Origin: Lentisphaerota bacterium
GTDB lineage: Bacteria > Verrucomicrobiota > Kiritimatiellia > JAAZAB01
NCBI GenBank assembly: GCA_012514555.1
Contig: JAAZAB010000359.1
Coordinates: 1 to 51,495 of the forward strand
Length of the DNA: 51,495 nucleotides
Reading direction: 5' to 3'
Under the pieces are notes generated by a model. It ran no database searches. It had not been told where the DNA came from and saw nothing but the letters and a program-made list of their open reading frames with translations. This document shows, in pieces, positions 18,189 to 26,392 of this stretch. The translations under genes were made by a program, and so were the position numbers. Within the stretch, counting starts at the first letter, position 1. Each line of letters opens with the position of its first letter.

Positions 18189-19463
18189 TCACGGCAGCGG
18201 CGCCTCGGCGTAATTGATCATCCACGCTTCCGACGTTTGATTCGAAAACACCATGCTTTTCGTTTCGGCATAGGCATCCAGGTTGGTCACTATCGCCGCG
18301 ACCTCGACGCGGACATCTATGCCATAGGCGTTGTGCAATATCCTGCCTGGAATGATGAACTCGCTCAAGCCGATTCGGTTCGGACCCTGCTTGGCCCAGT
18401 CATAGGTGTATCCCAGGCGAGTCCAGGGGTAGGCGGCCCATACATTGGTCGTGAAGCTGTAGTCGGCCATCTTGGCCATGCACCAGTTGATATGGTTGGT
18501 GCTGGTCGCCGAGAAAAGCGAGTTCGTCCGGAAATCGAGCTCGCATTCGGAGTCGGTTATTTCCGGGTCCGGACTGGGCCGGGACATCCATTGGGGCTCG
18601 ACCCAGAACTCGACGACCGCCTCGTAGGCCCCGGCGGCCGGCAGGCCCAGGAGCTTTTTCATGCGCAGCGGCAGGTTGGTCCCGGTGAAGGCGCGGCAGA
18701 AGTCGCGCAGTTCCGGAACGGCCGTGACAAAAAGCGTCACGTATTGGAGCGAGCTGGTGTATCCGACCTGGTAATAGCTGGTGTTTGTGGCGCTTGCCAT
18801 GGACATGAACGCGCACACCCGAACTTCCATGTTGCTTGTGACGGCATTTGTCCGCCATTCCAGGCGCGGGTTATTGGTGGATATGACAGTCAGGGTGCGG
18901 CAGATTTCCGACGGAAGCGCGTTCGACGCGTCGATTACCGCGTTCGAGTAGATGACGGCAAGAACGTCCATGTCCGTGATTTCCGGCTCGGCGGCCGGCA
19001 TCAGGTACCATGAGCCTTCCGCCGGATAATAGACCGCGAAATCCGTCGTGCCGTCGCCGTTGTAGTCCTCGGGCACGGGCCAGGCCTCGTTCCAGCCCCA
19101 GTTGTAGGCCCATGCCAGGACGCACTCGGTCGCGATCGAATACGCGTACCAGAGGCCCTCGTCCTGGTAATAGACGGCCAGGTCGGCCGCGCCGTCGCCG
19201 TCGTAATCGCCGGGAACAGGCTGGCTTCCATTCCAGCCCCACTGGAAATTCCATGCCAGGACGTTGCCGGTGGACGGCGAAAAAACATACCAGGCCCCGG
19301 CCGCGGGATCGAAGACCCCCAAATCCACGGCGCCATCCCCATCATAGTCTGCCGGAACGGCCGAAACGGCGCTCCAGCCCCATTGCACCTTGACTGGAAG
19401 GGGACCCGCGAAAGCCGGCGCAGCGGCCAGCAGCAGGATCAGCGCTGATGCTCGAAATGACAT
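18189..19463 (-). CDS. secreted FG-GAP/VCBS repeat protein with an uncharacterised C-terminal domain
   Basis: Signal peptide MSFRASALILLLAAAPAFAG. Three tandem repeats of about 45 aa (PADYDGDGAVDLGVF..GAWYVF, PGDYDGDGAADLAVYY..GLWYAY, PEDYNGDGTTDFAVYY..GSWYLM), each preceded by WGW. I do not recognise the remaining roughly 280 aa. GGAAGGA RBS. Confidence 0.75.
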   Translation of the reverse strand: MSFRASALILLLAAAPAFAGPLPVKVQWGWSAVSAVPADYDGDGAVDLGVFDPAAGAWYVFSPSTGNVLAWNFQWGWNGSQPVPGDYDGDGAADLAVYYQDEGLWYAYSIATECVLAWAYNWGWNEAWPVPEDYNGDGTTDFAVYYPAEGSWYLMPAAEPEITDMDVLAVIYSNAVIDASNALPSEICRTLTVISTNNPRLEWRTNAVTSNMEVRVCAFMSMASATNTSYYQVGYTSSLQYVTLFVTAVPELRDFCRAFTGTNLPLRMKKLLGLPAAGAYEAVVEFWVEPQWMSRPSPDPEITDSECELDFRTNSLFSATSTNHINWCMAKMADYSFTTNVWAAYPWTRLGYTYDWAKQGPNRIGLSEFIIPGRILHNAYGIDVRVEVAAIVTNLDAYAETKSMVFSNQTSEAWMINYAEAPLP

Positions 19464-19544
19464 TTATCTCGTCCTTCCTGCCATTTAAGGCTGCTGTTTT
19501 CCGGATTCCGTATCCTGGCTGCCTGAATTGTTGCGGTTCAGGGT

Positions 19545-19573
19545 AAAGTACGCAATTTATCAGCGCTCGTCAA
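19545..19573 (-). promoter_or_regulatory. weak candidate promoter for the FG-GAP gene (TTGACG-N17-TACTTT)
   Basis: The minus strand reads gTTGACGagcgctgataaattgcgTACTTTacc. The -10 is poor (3/6). Confidence 0.25.
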
Positions 19574-19628
19574 CATCCGATGCTCCGTTTTAACACGGGC
19601 TTGCCAACCGGGGCGGGCATCGGCTAGG

Positions 19629-20564
19629 ATGTCCGCCATGCCTTTTGATTCCTCAGCACTGCCGGATGGTTTTCACCGGTTCGCCTGGGACGGTTTTTCA
19701 ATGGAGGTTCCGGACGACTGGAATCTCTCCGATTACCGGATGGACCGGCGCATGTGTTCCGTGCGGATGGAGGACGACACATCCGTCAGGCTGGATTTGG
19801 ATTATCTTCGCTCTCCGCGCCCGATCGACGCGGACGCCGTGCTGAAGAGGTGCGCCGGAATGACGGGCGCGCTGGATAAGGCCGGCGCGCACACGACGCC
19901 CCTTGCGGACATGCCTGAAGGCTGGAGCGCCTGGCTTCACGCCATGCCGGACAAGCGTATCCTGGCGACCGCGTTCAGGCCGGGCCGCGGGCTGGCGGTG
20001 TTCATGCGCATTCATTTCGAGGCAGCCAGCCGGAGGGAGTGCGAGCGGCTGGTCCGGCGGGTGGCATCCGGTTTCGCGGAGCAGGGCGGAGGGGTTGCCC
20101 TATGGTCCGTCTATGACGGCGCCGTTGAGCTTTCCCCGGACTACAGGCTGGCGGAAACCTCGTTCCAGGCCGGCCGGAAATGCATGGTCTTTCACTGGCG
20201 TCTCAGGCGCCTGTTTTTCTGGTTTTTTTCGCTGGCTGACGTGGCGCTTCGGGACAAGGCGCTCGAGGCCTGGTGCGCCGAATTTCTGAACAAGCACAAG
20301 GACCTTCAAGGCCGGCGCTTTGAGCCGGATACCCCCGGGCGCCTTCGTGCTGTGCGCATGAAGCGCCACGCCCTTGGGCACATGGATGAAATCGGCCGGC
20401 TCTGTTTTCGGTACCGCATCGAATGCCGCCGCGTGCCGGCGAAAAACCAGATACTGCTGGCCCTGTTTCACCATCGCGGCGCCGCGGACTTGAAACGCCT
20501 TGCACTTCGCTTTCCGGACGCCGGGGATACTTCGGATGCCCCGGCGGAGCCGGGGGGGCAGTAG
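19629..20564 (+). CDS. hypothetical protein
   Basis: 311-aa ORF with GC3-rich codon usage like its neighbours. I recognise no family. The alternative start is the ATG at 19638. The two halves share the pattern DG..(M/V)E(V/L).(D/P)D(W/Y).L...........(R/K)C.V. Confidence 0.55.
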   Translation: MSAMPFDSSALPDGFHRFAWDGFSMEVPDDWNLSDYRMDRRMCSVRMEDDTSVRLDLDYLRSPRPIDADAVLKRCAGMTGALDKAGAHTTPLADMPEGWSAWLHAMPDKRILATAFRPGRGLAVFMRIHFEAASRRECERLVRRVASGFAEQGGGVALWSVYDGAVELSPDYRLAETSFQAGRKCMVFHWRLRRLFFWFFSLADVALRDKALEAWCAEFLNKHKDLQGRRFEPDTPGRLRAVRMKRHALGHMDEIGRLCFRYRIECRRVPAKNQILLALFHHRGAADLKRLALRFPDAGDTSDAPAEPGGQ

Positions 20565-20675
20565 CTCGCGGCTTGCGCTACGGCGCAGGCTTTGCGGCGC
20601 CCGGGCTCCGGCGAGCCCGGGGAAAATGGCCCTGCCCCGAGGCGGCAAAACGTTGCGGAAAAACGAGGAGCGCGC

Positions 20676-21896
20676 ATGGCGGATACACCGCGGATCGGTT
20701 ACGTGGTTTCCCGTTTTCCGGAGTTCAGCGAGGGTTTCATTCGCTACGAGCTCGCGGAAATCCGGAAACTGGCGGGAACGGCATGGGTTCTGCCCGCGGT
20801 GGCGGGGCCCGGCCGGGACTCGAACGGCGACCCGTTTGTGCTGGCGCCGCCGCATTGCCTGTCGGCCGCCGCGCTGTCAGCCTGGCGCGAACTGCTTCGC
20901 GTGCGCCCCGGGCCGGTTTTCGGCGCGATCTCCCGCGCGGCGTCCATGCTTGCCGTTGCCCCTGTTGAAGCGGCCAAGTGGCTCGCGCTTATGCCAAGGC
21001 TTGCCTGGCTGGGCCGGGCCGCGGCGCGCGTTGGCGTCACTCACCTGCATGCGCATTTTGCCGCGCTGCCGGCCTGCGCTGCATGGACTCTCAGCCGCTG
21101 GTTCGGCTTTTCCTACTCGGTTACCGCCCATGCCTATGACCTGCTTTCGCCGGCCCGATTCCTGCGCATGAAGCTATCCGGCGCCGCGTTTGGCGTCGCC
21201 GTCTCCGAGTTCACGCGGGCCGCGCTCCTGCGCAGCGTTCCGGAATCATCCGGCTTCCGGTGGCATCTGATTCGAAACGGCATCCCGCTCGACGTTTTCG
21301 CGCCCGGCCCCGGGCGGCCCGCGCGGGACACGCCGCGCCTGCTTTCGGTCGGGCGCATGGTCCCCAAAAAAGGGGCGCCGGTGCTTTTGGAAGCATGTTC
21401 CATCCTGCGCCGGGAAGGTTGCCCGTTCGAGTGCCGCCTGGTGGGCGACGGGCCGATGATGGGGTATCTTCGCACGCTGTCAAGGCGCCTCGGCATAGCC
21501 GACCGCGTTGCGTTTCCCGGAGTCCTGACCGGCGCTGACCTTGCCCGGGAATACGCAGAGGCCGACGTGTTTGTCCTGGCTTGCGTCGAGTCAATGCACG
21601 GGGAAACCGACACGCTTCCCGTCGTGCTGGCGGAGGCCATGGCCTCGGGCGTTCCGGTTGCCAGCACGCGGATAGCGGCCATTCCGGAGCTTGTTGAGCC
21701 GGGCCGCACGGGGCTGCTCGCGGCGCCCGGCAATGCCGCCGAACTGGCCGCCGCCATCATGCGCCTTCTCGATGACGGCGCCCTGCGCAGGACGCTTGCG
21801 GCCGGGGCGCTTGAAAAAGTCCGCCGCGACTACGATGTCCGCCGGACCGCGGCCCAGCTGTACGAATGCATGGTCAACGCCGGGAGGCGCCCGTGA
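20676..21896 (+). CDS. glycosyltransferase family 4 (GT-B, Glycos_transf_1)
   Basis: The ATG at 20676 is preceded by GAGGAG. RIGYVVSRFPEFSEGF N-terminus. C-terminal EXFG-like region LPVVLAEAMASGVPVASTRIAAIPELVEPGRTGLL. Confidence 0.85.
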   Translation: MADTPRIGYVVSRFPEFSEGFIRYELAEIRKLAGTAWVLPAVAGPGRDSNGDPFVLAPPHCLSAAALSAWRELLRVRPGPVFGAISRAASMLAVAPVEAAKWLALMPRLAWLGRAAARVGVTHLHAHFAALPACAAWTLSRWFGFSYSVTAHAYDLLSPARFLRMKLSGAAFGVAVSEFTRAALLRSVPESSGFRWHLIRNGIPLDVFAPGPGRPARDTPRLLSVGRMVPKKGAPVLLEACSILRREGCPFECRLVGDGPMMGYLRTLSRRLGIADRVAFPGVLTGADLAREYAEADVFVLACVESMHGETDTLPVVLAEAMASGVPVASTRIAAIPELVEPGRTGLLAAPGNAAELAAAIMRLLDDGALRRTLAAGALEKVRRDYDVRRTAAQLYECMVNAGRRP

Positions 21897-23017
21897 GCGA
21901 TGCGCCGCTGCCGGTCCTGCACCTGATCTGGGGGCTTGAAATGGGGGGCGCCCAGAAGATCATTGCGGCCATTGCCCGGCACAGCCCCGCCGGCGCATTC
22001 CGCCACGGCGTTGTTTCTTTCCACGGCGACGGCCCGGCGCGCCCGGAGATCGAGGCGGCCGGCTGCGCCGCTGCGCTGCTCAACAAGAGGCGCGGCTTTG
22101 ACCCGGCCATGCCCGGCGCCCTGCGCCGCCTGACGGCTGGTTTTCCCAGGGGCATCATGCACGCGCATGATTTCACGGGCGCGTTCTGGGGCCGGCTCGC
22201 CCTGCGGGGCAGCCCCGGCTGGCGGCTGGCGGTTACGGACCACCTGGCATCGCAGGCGCTGTGCGCCTGGAAGCGTCTTGTCTACGCAATGGTGCTGAGG
22301 CGCGCGGACATGGTGATGGCCCTGGGCAACGCCACGCTGGCCCGGCTCCGGGCGTGGGGCGTGGCGGACGGGCGGCTTGCCCTCGCCCCGATCGGGCCCG
22401 ATCTCCCGCCGCCCGCGCCGGGGGCAAGGGCCGCGCTCAGGCATGAACTGCGCCTGGAGCCCGGCCGCGTCCTGGCGCTGACATGCGCCCGCCTCGAAGC
22501 GCAGAAAAACCTTTTCTGGTGGCTTGACCTCGCGCTTCGCGCTGACCCGCGCCTGGCCTTTGCCATAGCCGGCGAGGGGCGCCAGGCCCTGGAACTCGGG
22601 CGCCGGATTCGTGCGGCCGGCGCCGGGGAGCGCGTTCGCATGCTGGGGCTTCGCCGGGACGTCGGGAACCTGCTGGCGGCCGCCGACATTTATGTCCTGC
22701 CTTCCGCGTTCGAGGAGCTGCCGGTGAGCGTGCTCGAAGCCATGGCCGCCGGCCTGCCAATCGTCGCGGCGCCGGCGGGCGAGCTGCCCGGGCTCGTGGC
22801 CGGCGAAGGAGATCCCGCCGGTTTCATCATCCCTCTTTCGCAGCCCGCGCGGTGGCTTGACAGCCTTGCCGCGCTGGCTTCCGACCCGGCCGCGCGCGGG
22901 CGGCTCGGCGCGCGCGGGCGCGAGATCGTCTCGCGGCGATTCGATGCCGCGCAAAATGCGGCGGAGCTTGCCCGAATATATGCCCGGGTCATGGCCCGGC
23001 CGAAGGGACGCGCATGA
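21893..23017 (+). CDS. glycosyltransferase family 4
   Basis: VLHLIWGLEMGGAQK N-terminus and FEELPVSVLEAMAAGLPIVAAPAGELPGLV C-terminal motif. I prefer the GTG at 21893 (GGGAGG 5 nt upstream, GTGA overlap with the upstream stop). The in-frame ATG at 21866 is the alternative. Confidence 0.85.
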   Translation: MSDAPLPVLHLIWGLEMGGAQKIIAAIARHSPAGAFRHGVVSFHGDGPARPEIEAAGCAAALLNKRRGFDPAMPGALRRLTAGFPRGIMHAHDFTGAFWGRLALRGSPGWRLAVTDHLASQALCAWKRLVYAMVLRRADMVMALGNATLARLRAWGVADGRLALAPIGPDLPPPAPGARAALRHELRLEPGRVLALTCARLEAQKNLFWWLDLALRADPRLAFAIAGEGRQALELGRRIRAAGAGERVRMLGLRRDVGNLLAAADIYVLPSAFEELPVSVLEAMAAGLPIVAAPAGELPGLVAGEGDPAGFIIPLSQPARWLDSLAALASDPAARGRLGARGREIVSRRFDAAQNAAELARIYARVMARPKGRA

Positions 23018-26000
23018 ATTCGCAATCCATCCGAAAGCTTGCGCCGGGCATAAATGTGTTCTTCTCGCTTTTCCTGCTGAGCCTTCCGTTCGGCGATGCC
23101 GCCCTGCCCGGCGGGCCGGCCATCATATCGCCGACGAAGCTGGCGTTCATCCTGTTTGCCGCCGTGTTCGCCGGGACCTTTCGCGCCGGCCTTTCCGGCA
23201 TTTTCAGGCGCCCGGACGCATGGCTTGCCGTCCTTCTGTTCGCGGCCGCGTTTTCGCTGGTCAATTCCGTTTTTCCGGGCGTCAGCGCCCTGGGCTGCCT
23301 GCGCCTTGCCGCCATGGCAATTCTTTTCCTGGCCGGCCGCTTCTGCCTTAGCTCGCCCGCGGGGCGCGCCGCCGCGGCCGTCTCGCTTGTCGTTGCCGGC
23401 GCGGCGATGTCCGGGCTGGGCATCTACCAGACGCTCTGCGCGGACACGCTTTTCGGGCTGGGCACCTACGACCCGTACCAGTCCCTGGTCCCCGTGGAAG
23501 CCGCGCCGGATGCCGCGAAGATTTTGATATACCGCGCATCGGGCGCGTTCTCGCACCCGAACGAGCTTGGATTCTTCCTGCTGGGCGCCTTTGCCGCCGG
23601 GTTCGGCCTGCTGCTTCATACGGGGCGCAAGCCTCTTCGCGTGGCGCTCGCGCTGGTTGGCGCGGCCGAAACGGCTGCCATGTTCCTGACCTTTTCCCGC
23701 TCGGCGTGGCTCGGGCTTGCGCTGATGAGCGCGGCCTTTCTCGCGGCCGGCCGCGGACGGGCCTGGCTTTCAGGCATCCTGGCCCTTGGCCTGCTGGCTT
23801 CGCTTGTCATTCTCCCGCACGAGGGGCGGCAGGCCCTCGGGTTCCGCGCCACCGCGCCCCAGGGCTATGACCGGGGACGCATTCATTCCTGGCAGGCCGC
23901 CCTGGCAATGGCCAGGGCGCATCCCCTCGCCGGCGTGGGCCTTGGAACATTTGCGGAACGCTTCGACGAGTTCAAGCCGGAGTCGGCAGCCCTGGATTAC
24001 CACCAGCGCAACGACGCCCACAACACCATCCTCGCACTCTCGGCGGAAGCCGGAATCTTTTCCGGGCTGGCCATGGCCGCCGGGATCGCGATCAGCCTTC
24101 TCGCCGGCATGCGGCGCGCGGCGCTCCGAAAAAAAAGCAGCTCCGGCATTGACGCGGCGCCCTTCGCGCTTATCGGGCTGATGCCCGGACTGATGTTGAA
24201 CAGCTTTCCATATTCCGAAATGCTCTGGCTTGCGATGGCATGGTGTCAGCATGACGATGCACTTCAGCATCCGGGGCCGGGCGCGGCGTCATTTTCGCCG
24301 TCCTTTTGGAAGCGCGCGGCCGGCGCCATTGCCATCCTGCTGGCCGGCGCCGTGATCCTGCCGAAGTTCCATGCGCTCCTGCGGCCGGCCGGCGCGATTT
24401 CCGGGCGCTATTTGAACCTGGAGCGCTCGGCGCTGGGCCGGAACCCCCTTGCGCACCCGCGAATTTACATGGACGCGGCCGCCCTGGCCCAACTCAGGGC
24501 GCGGGCGGTCACCAACGCCGGAGGCGCATTCGCGCCGCTGACGAGATACCTTGAGAATGAAGCCGGCCGCGCGCCGCCTGCGCCGGGCCTGGAGGATCTG
24601 CGCCAGGAGGCTCGCGGCATTCCGCCCCAAGCGCTCGCATGGGCACTGTTCGGCCGCCAGGAGCACCTGGACAAGGCGCGGCGCCTGGCAGCCGACCTGA
24701 GCCTTCGCCTCGACGTTGAGCGCCACGAGGACATCGAGATAGCCGAAACGATCTTTGCCCTTGCCCTGGCTTACGACTGGCTTTACGCCGAGCTGACGGC
24801 TCATGAAAAAACGATCCTACTCAACACCATAGGCGCCGGCGCCGAGGCGCTGTCCGGCATGGCCGGACGTTTCCCGATGCTCAACAACCACCGCATCGTG
24901 GATGCCGCCTGCCTTGCCGTTGCCGGGCTTGCCTGCTACGGCGACAGCAGGGCCGCAGCCGGCTGGATCCGGCAGGGCAACCGCGAGATCGAGCTGTGCG
25001 CAAGGTCTTTCTCCGACGACGGCATTTCCCCGGAAGGCGTTGCCTACGCAGGCTATGCGCTCGAATACATCCTCAAGTATTACGCGGCCGCCGTTCCGCT
25101 GATCCAGGTTTCAGCCCGGCCCGAATCATGGATTCGCGCATTCCCCGAGGCGTTCCTTCGCCACACAATTGCCCGCGGCGCGTGGAAGCAGGACGACATG
25201 ATCCTTTCGTTCGGGGATTCGCCCCGGCATTCATGGTACGGGCCAGGCTACCTTTTCGCGCGCATTGCCTGCCTGTACGGCGATCCCGTGGCCCAGGAGC
25301 TTGCCGCGCAGTTCATGGCAGGGCAGCTTGACGGGGACTCCTCCGCGCCCTGGCTCTACGCGCTCTGGTTCAACCCGGAAAATCCCAGGCAGGACTGGTC
25401 GGGCCTGCCCGCGGCGCGCACCTTCCCGAACTGGGGCATCCACCTTGCCCGCGATTCCTGGCGCGGGGACGAAACCGTGCTCGGGTTCAAGTGCTCGCCA
25501 GCCGGCGGCCGGAAACTCCGGCAGGGCGGGCGCCCGTTTCCTGGCCTCGGCCACGCCCACCCGGACGCAAACAGCTTCGTCCTCTTCGCCGCGGGCGAAC
25601 ACCTGATCACTCATCCCGGCCCCAGCCGCCTGAAACGCACGGCCAATCACAATACCGTGCTTGTCAACGGCCGGGGCCAGACCGGAGAGGGGTCGGAATG
25701 GTTCAAGGGCAGGGCCGCATTCGCGCGCAGGCGCGCCGCGGACTTGCTGCTCGCGGAGCACACGGATTACTACGACTACATCATCGGCGATGCCGCCCCC
25801 GCATACGACCCGGGCTTGCTCCGGGATTTCACCCGCCAGCTTTTCTGGCTGCGGCCCGGCCTGCTGTTTGTGTTCGATCATCTCGGGACCGCGACTCCAT
25901 CCAGGTTCCAGTGGCTCCTGCACACCACGGCCGGGGTCAGCAGGGTGGACGAGCGCACGCTCCGGCTCGCCCGGGGCCGGGCGGTGTTGACCATCCGCAT

Positions 26001-26292
26001 GCTGCTGCCGGAGACCGCGCGCTGGTCATGGGAAACCCGTGAAAACGCCGATGCCGATCCCGAATGGGGCGTAAGCCCGTGGACGACGATCGAGCTGACC
26101 GCTCCGGATGCGACCACCGACGCCAGGTTCCTTGTCGTCATGCAGATCGGGGTCACAAACGAGCCTGCCGTTTTCCCGGATGCGGTTGCGAGGGAAAACG
26201 GGTTCGACGTGGGCGTCGGATTCCCGGATAAACGCGTGAGCATTGACCTTATCCGTTACCGCGGGACGAACCGCGTGTTCAGCTTGAAGTGA
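23014..26292 (+). CDS. fusion protein: O-antigen ligase/Wzy_C-type polytopic membrane domain plus heparinase II/III-like polysaccharide lyase domain
   Basis: 1092 aa with an ATGA overlap on the upstream GT4 gene. Residues 1 to about 440 hold more than 10 hydrophobic spans with FSRSAWLGLALMS, AHPLAGVGLGTF and DAHNTILALSAEAGI (Wzy_C-like). Residues from about 470 onward hold an alpha/alpha-toroid-like region (ALALAYDWLY, LNNHRIV) and GHAHPDANSFVLFAAGEHLITHPG...TANHNTVLVNGRGQ (Hepar_II_III signature). Confidence 0.8.
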   Translation: MNSQSIRKLAPGINVFFSLFLLSLPFGDAALPGGPAIISPTKLAFILFAAVFAGTFRAGLSGIFRRPDAWLAVLLFAAAFSLVNSVFPGVSALGCLRLAAMAILFLAGRFCLSSPAGRAAAAVSLVVAGAAMSGLGIYQTLCADTLFGLGTYDPYQSLVPVEAAPDAAKILIYRASGAFSHPNELGFFLLGAFAAGFGLLLHTGRKPLRVALALVGAAETAAMFLTFSRSAWLGLALMSAAFLAAGRGRAWLSGILALGLLASLVILPHEGRQALGFRATAPQGYDRGRIHSWQAALAMARAHPLAGVGLGTFAERFDEFKPESAALDYHQRNDAHNTILALSAEAGIFSGLAMAAGIAISLLAGMRRAALRKKSSSGIDAAPFALIGLMPGLMLNSFPYSEMLWLAMAWCQHDDALQHPGPGAASFSPSFWKRAAGAIAILLAGAVILPKFHALLRPAGAISGRYLNLERSALGRNPLAHPRIYMDAAALAQLRARAVTNAGGAFAPLTRYLENEAGRAPPAPGLEDLRQEARGIPPQALAWALFGRQEHLDKARRLAADLSLRLDVERHEDIEIAETIFALALAYDWLYAELTAHEKTILLNTIGAGAEALSGMAGRFPMLNNHRIVDAACLAVAGLACYGDSRAAAGWIRQGNREIELCARSFSDDGISPEGVAYAGYALEYILKYYAAAVPLIQVSARPESWIRAFPEAFLRHTIARGAWKQDDMILSFGDSPRHSWYGPGYLFARIACLYGDPVAQELAAQFMAGQLDGDSSAPWLYALWFNPENPRQDWSGLPAARTFPNWGIHLARDSWRGDETVLGFKCSPAGGRKLRQGGRPFPGLGHAHPDANSFVLFAAGEHLITHPGPSRLKRTANHNTVLVNGRGQTGEGSEWFKGRAAFARRRAADLLLAEHTDYYDYIIGDAAPAYDPGLLRDFTRQLFWLRPGLLFVFDHLGTATPSRFQWLLHTTAGVSRVDERTLRLARGRAVLTIRMLLPETARWSWETRENADADPEWGVSPWTTIELTAPDATTDARFLVVMQIGVTNEPAVFPDAVARENGFDVGVGFPDKRVSIDLIRYRGTNRVFSLK

Positions 26293-26319
26293 AATCGCTT
26301 GCAGTAAGGCGGTTTTTTT
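26292..26319 (+). terminator. possible intrinsic terminator after the fusion gene
   Basis: aaatCGCTTgcagtaAGGCGgttttttt: a short 5-bp stem (one G.U pair) followed by a T7 run, flanked by an A-tract. Confidence 0.35.
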
Positions 26320-26392
26320 GGTAGTCTTCTTTTCCTGCGCGCCCGCTTCAAAGCGGAGGCTTTCAGGCAGTTTTCTACAGGAATGACGCCGT

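Noticed and set aside
20600-20621. Perfect 9-bp GC hairpin (CCCGGGCTC-cggc-GAGCCCGGG) after the hypothetical gene, considered as an intrinsic terminator.
   Set aside because: No T-run follows on either strand. It may be a stabilising stem or just a GC-rich palindrome, so I do not call it a terminator.
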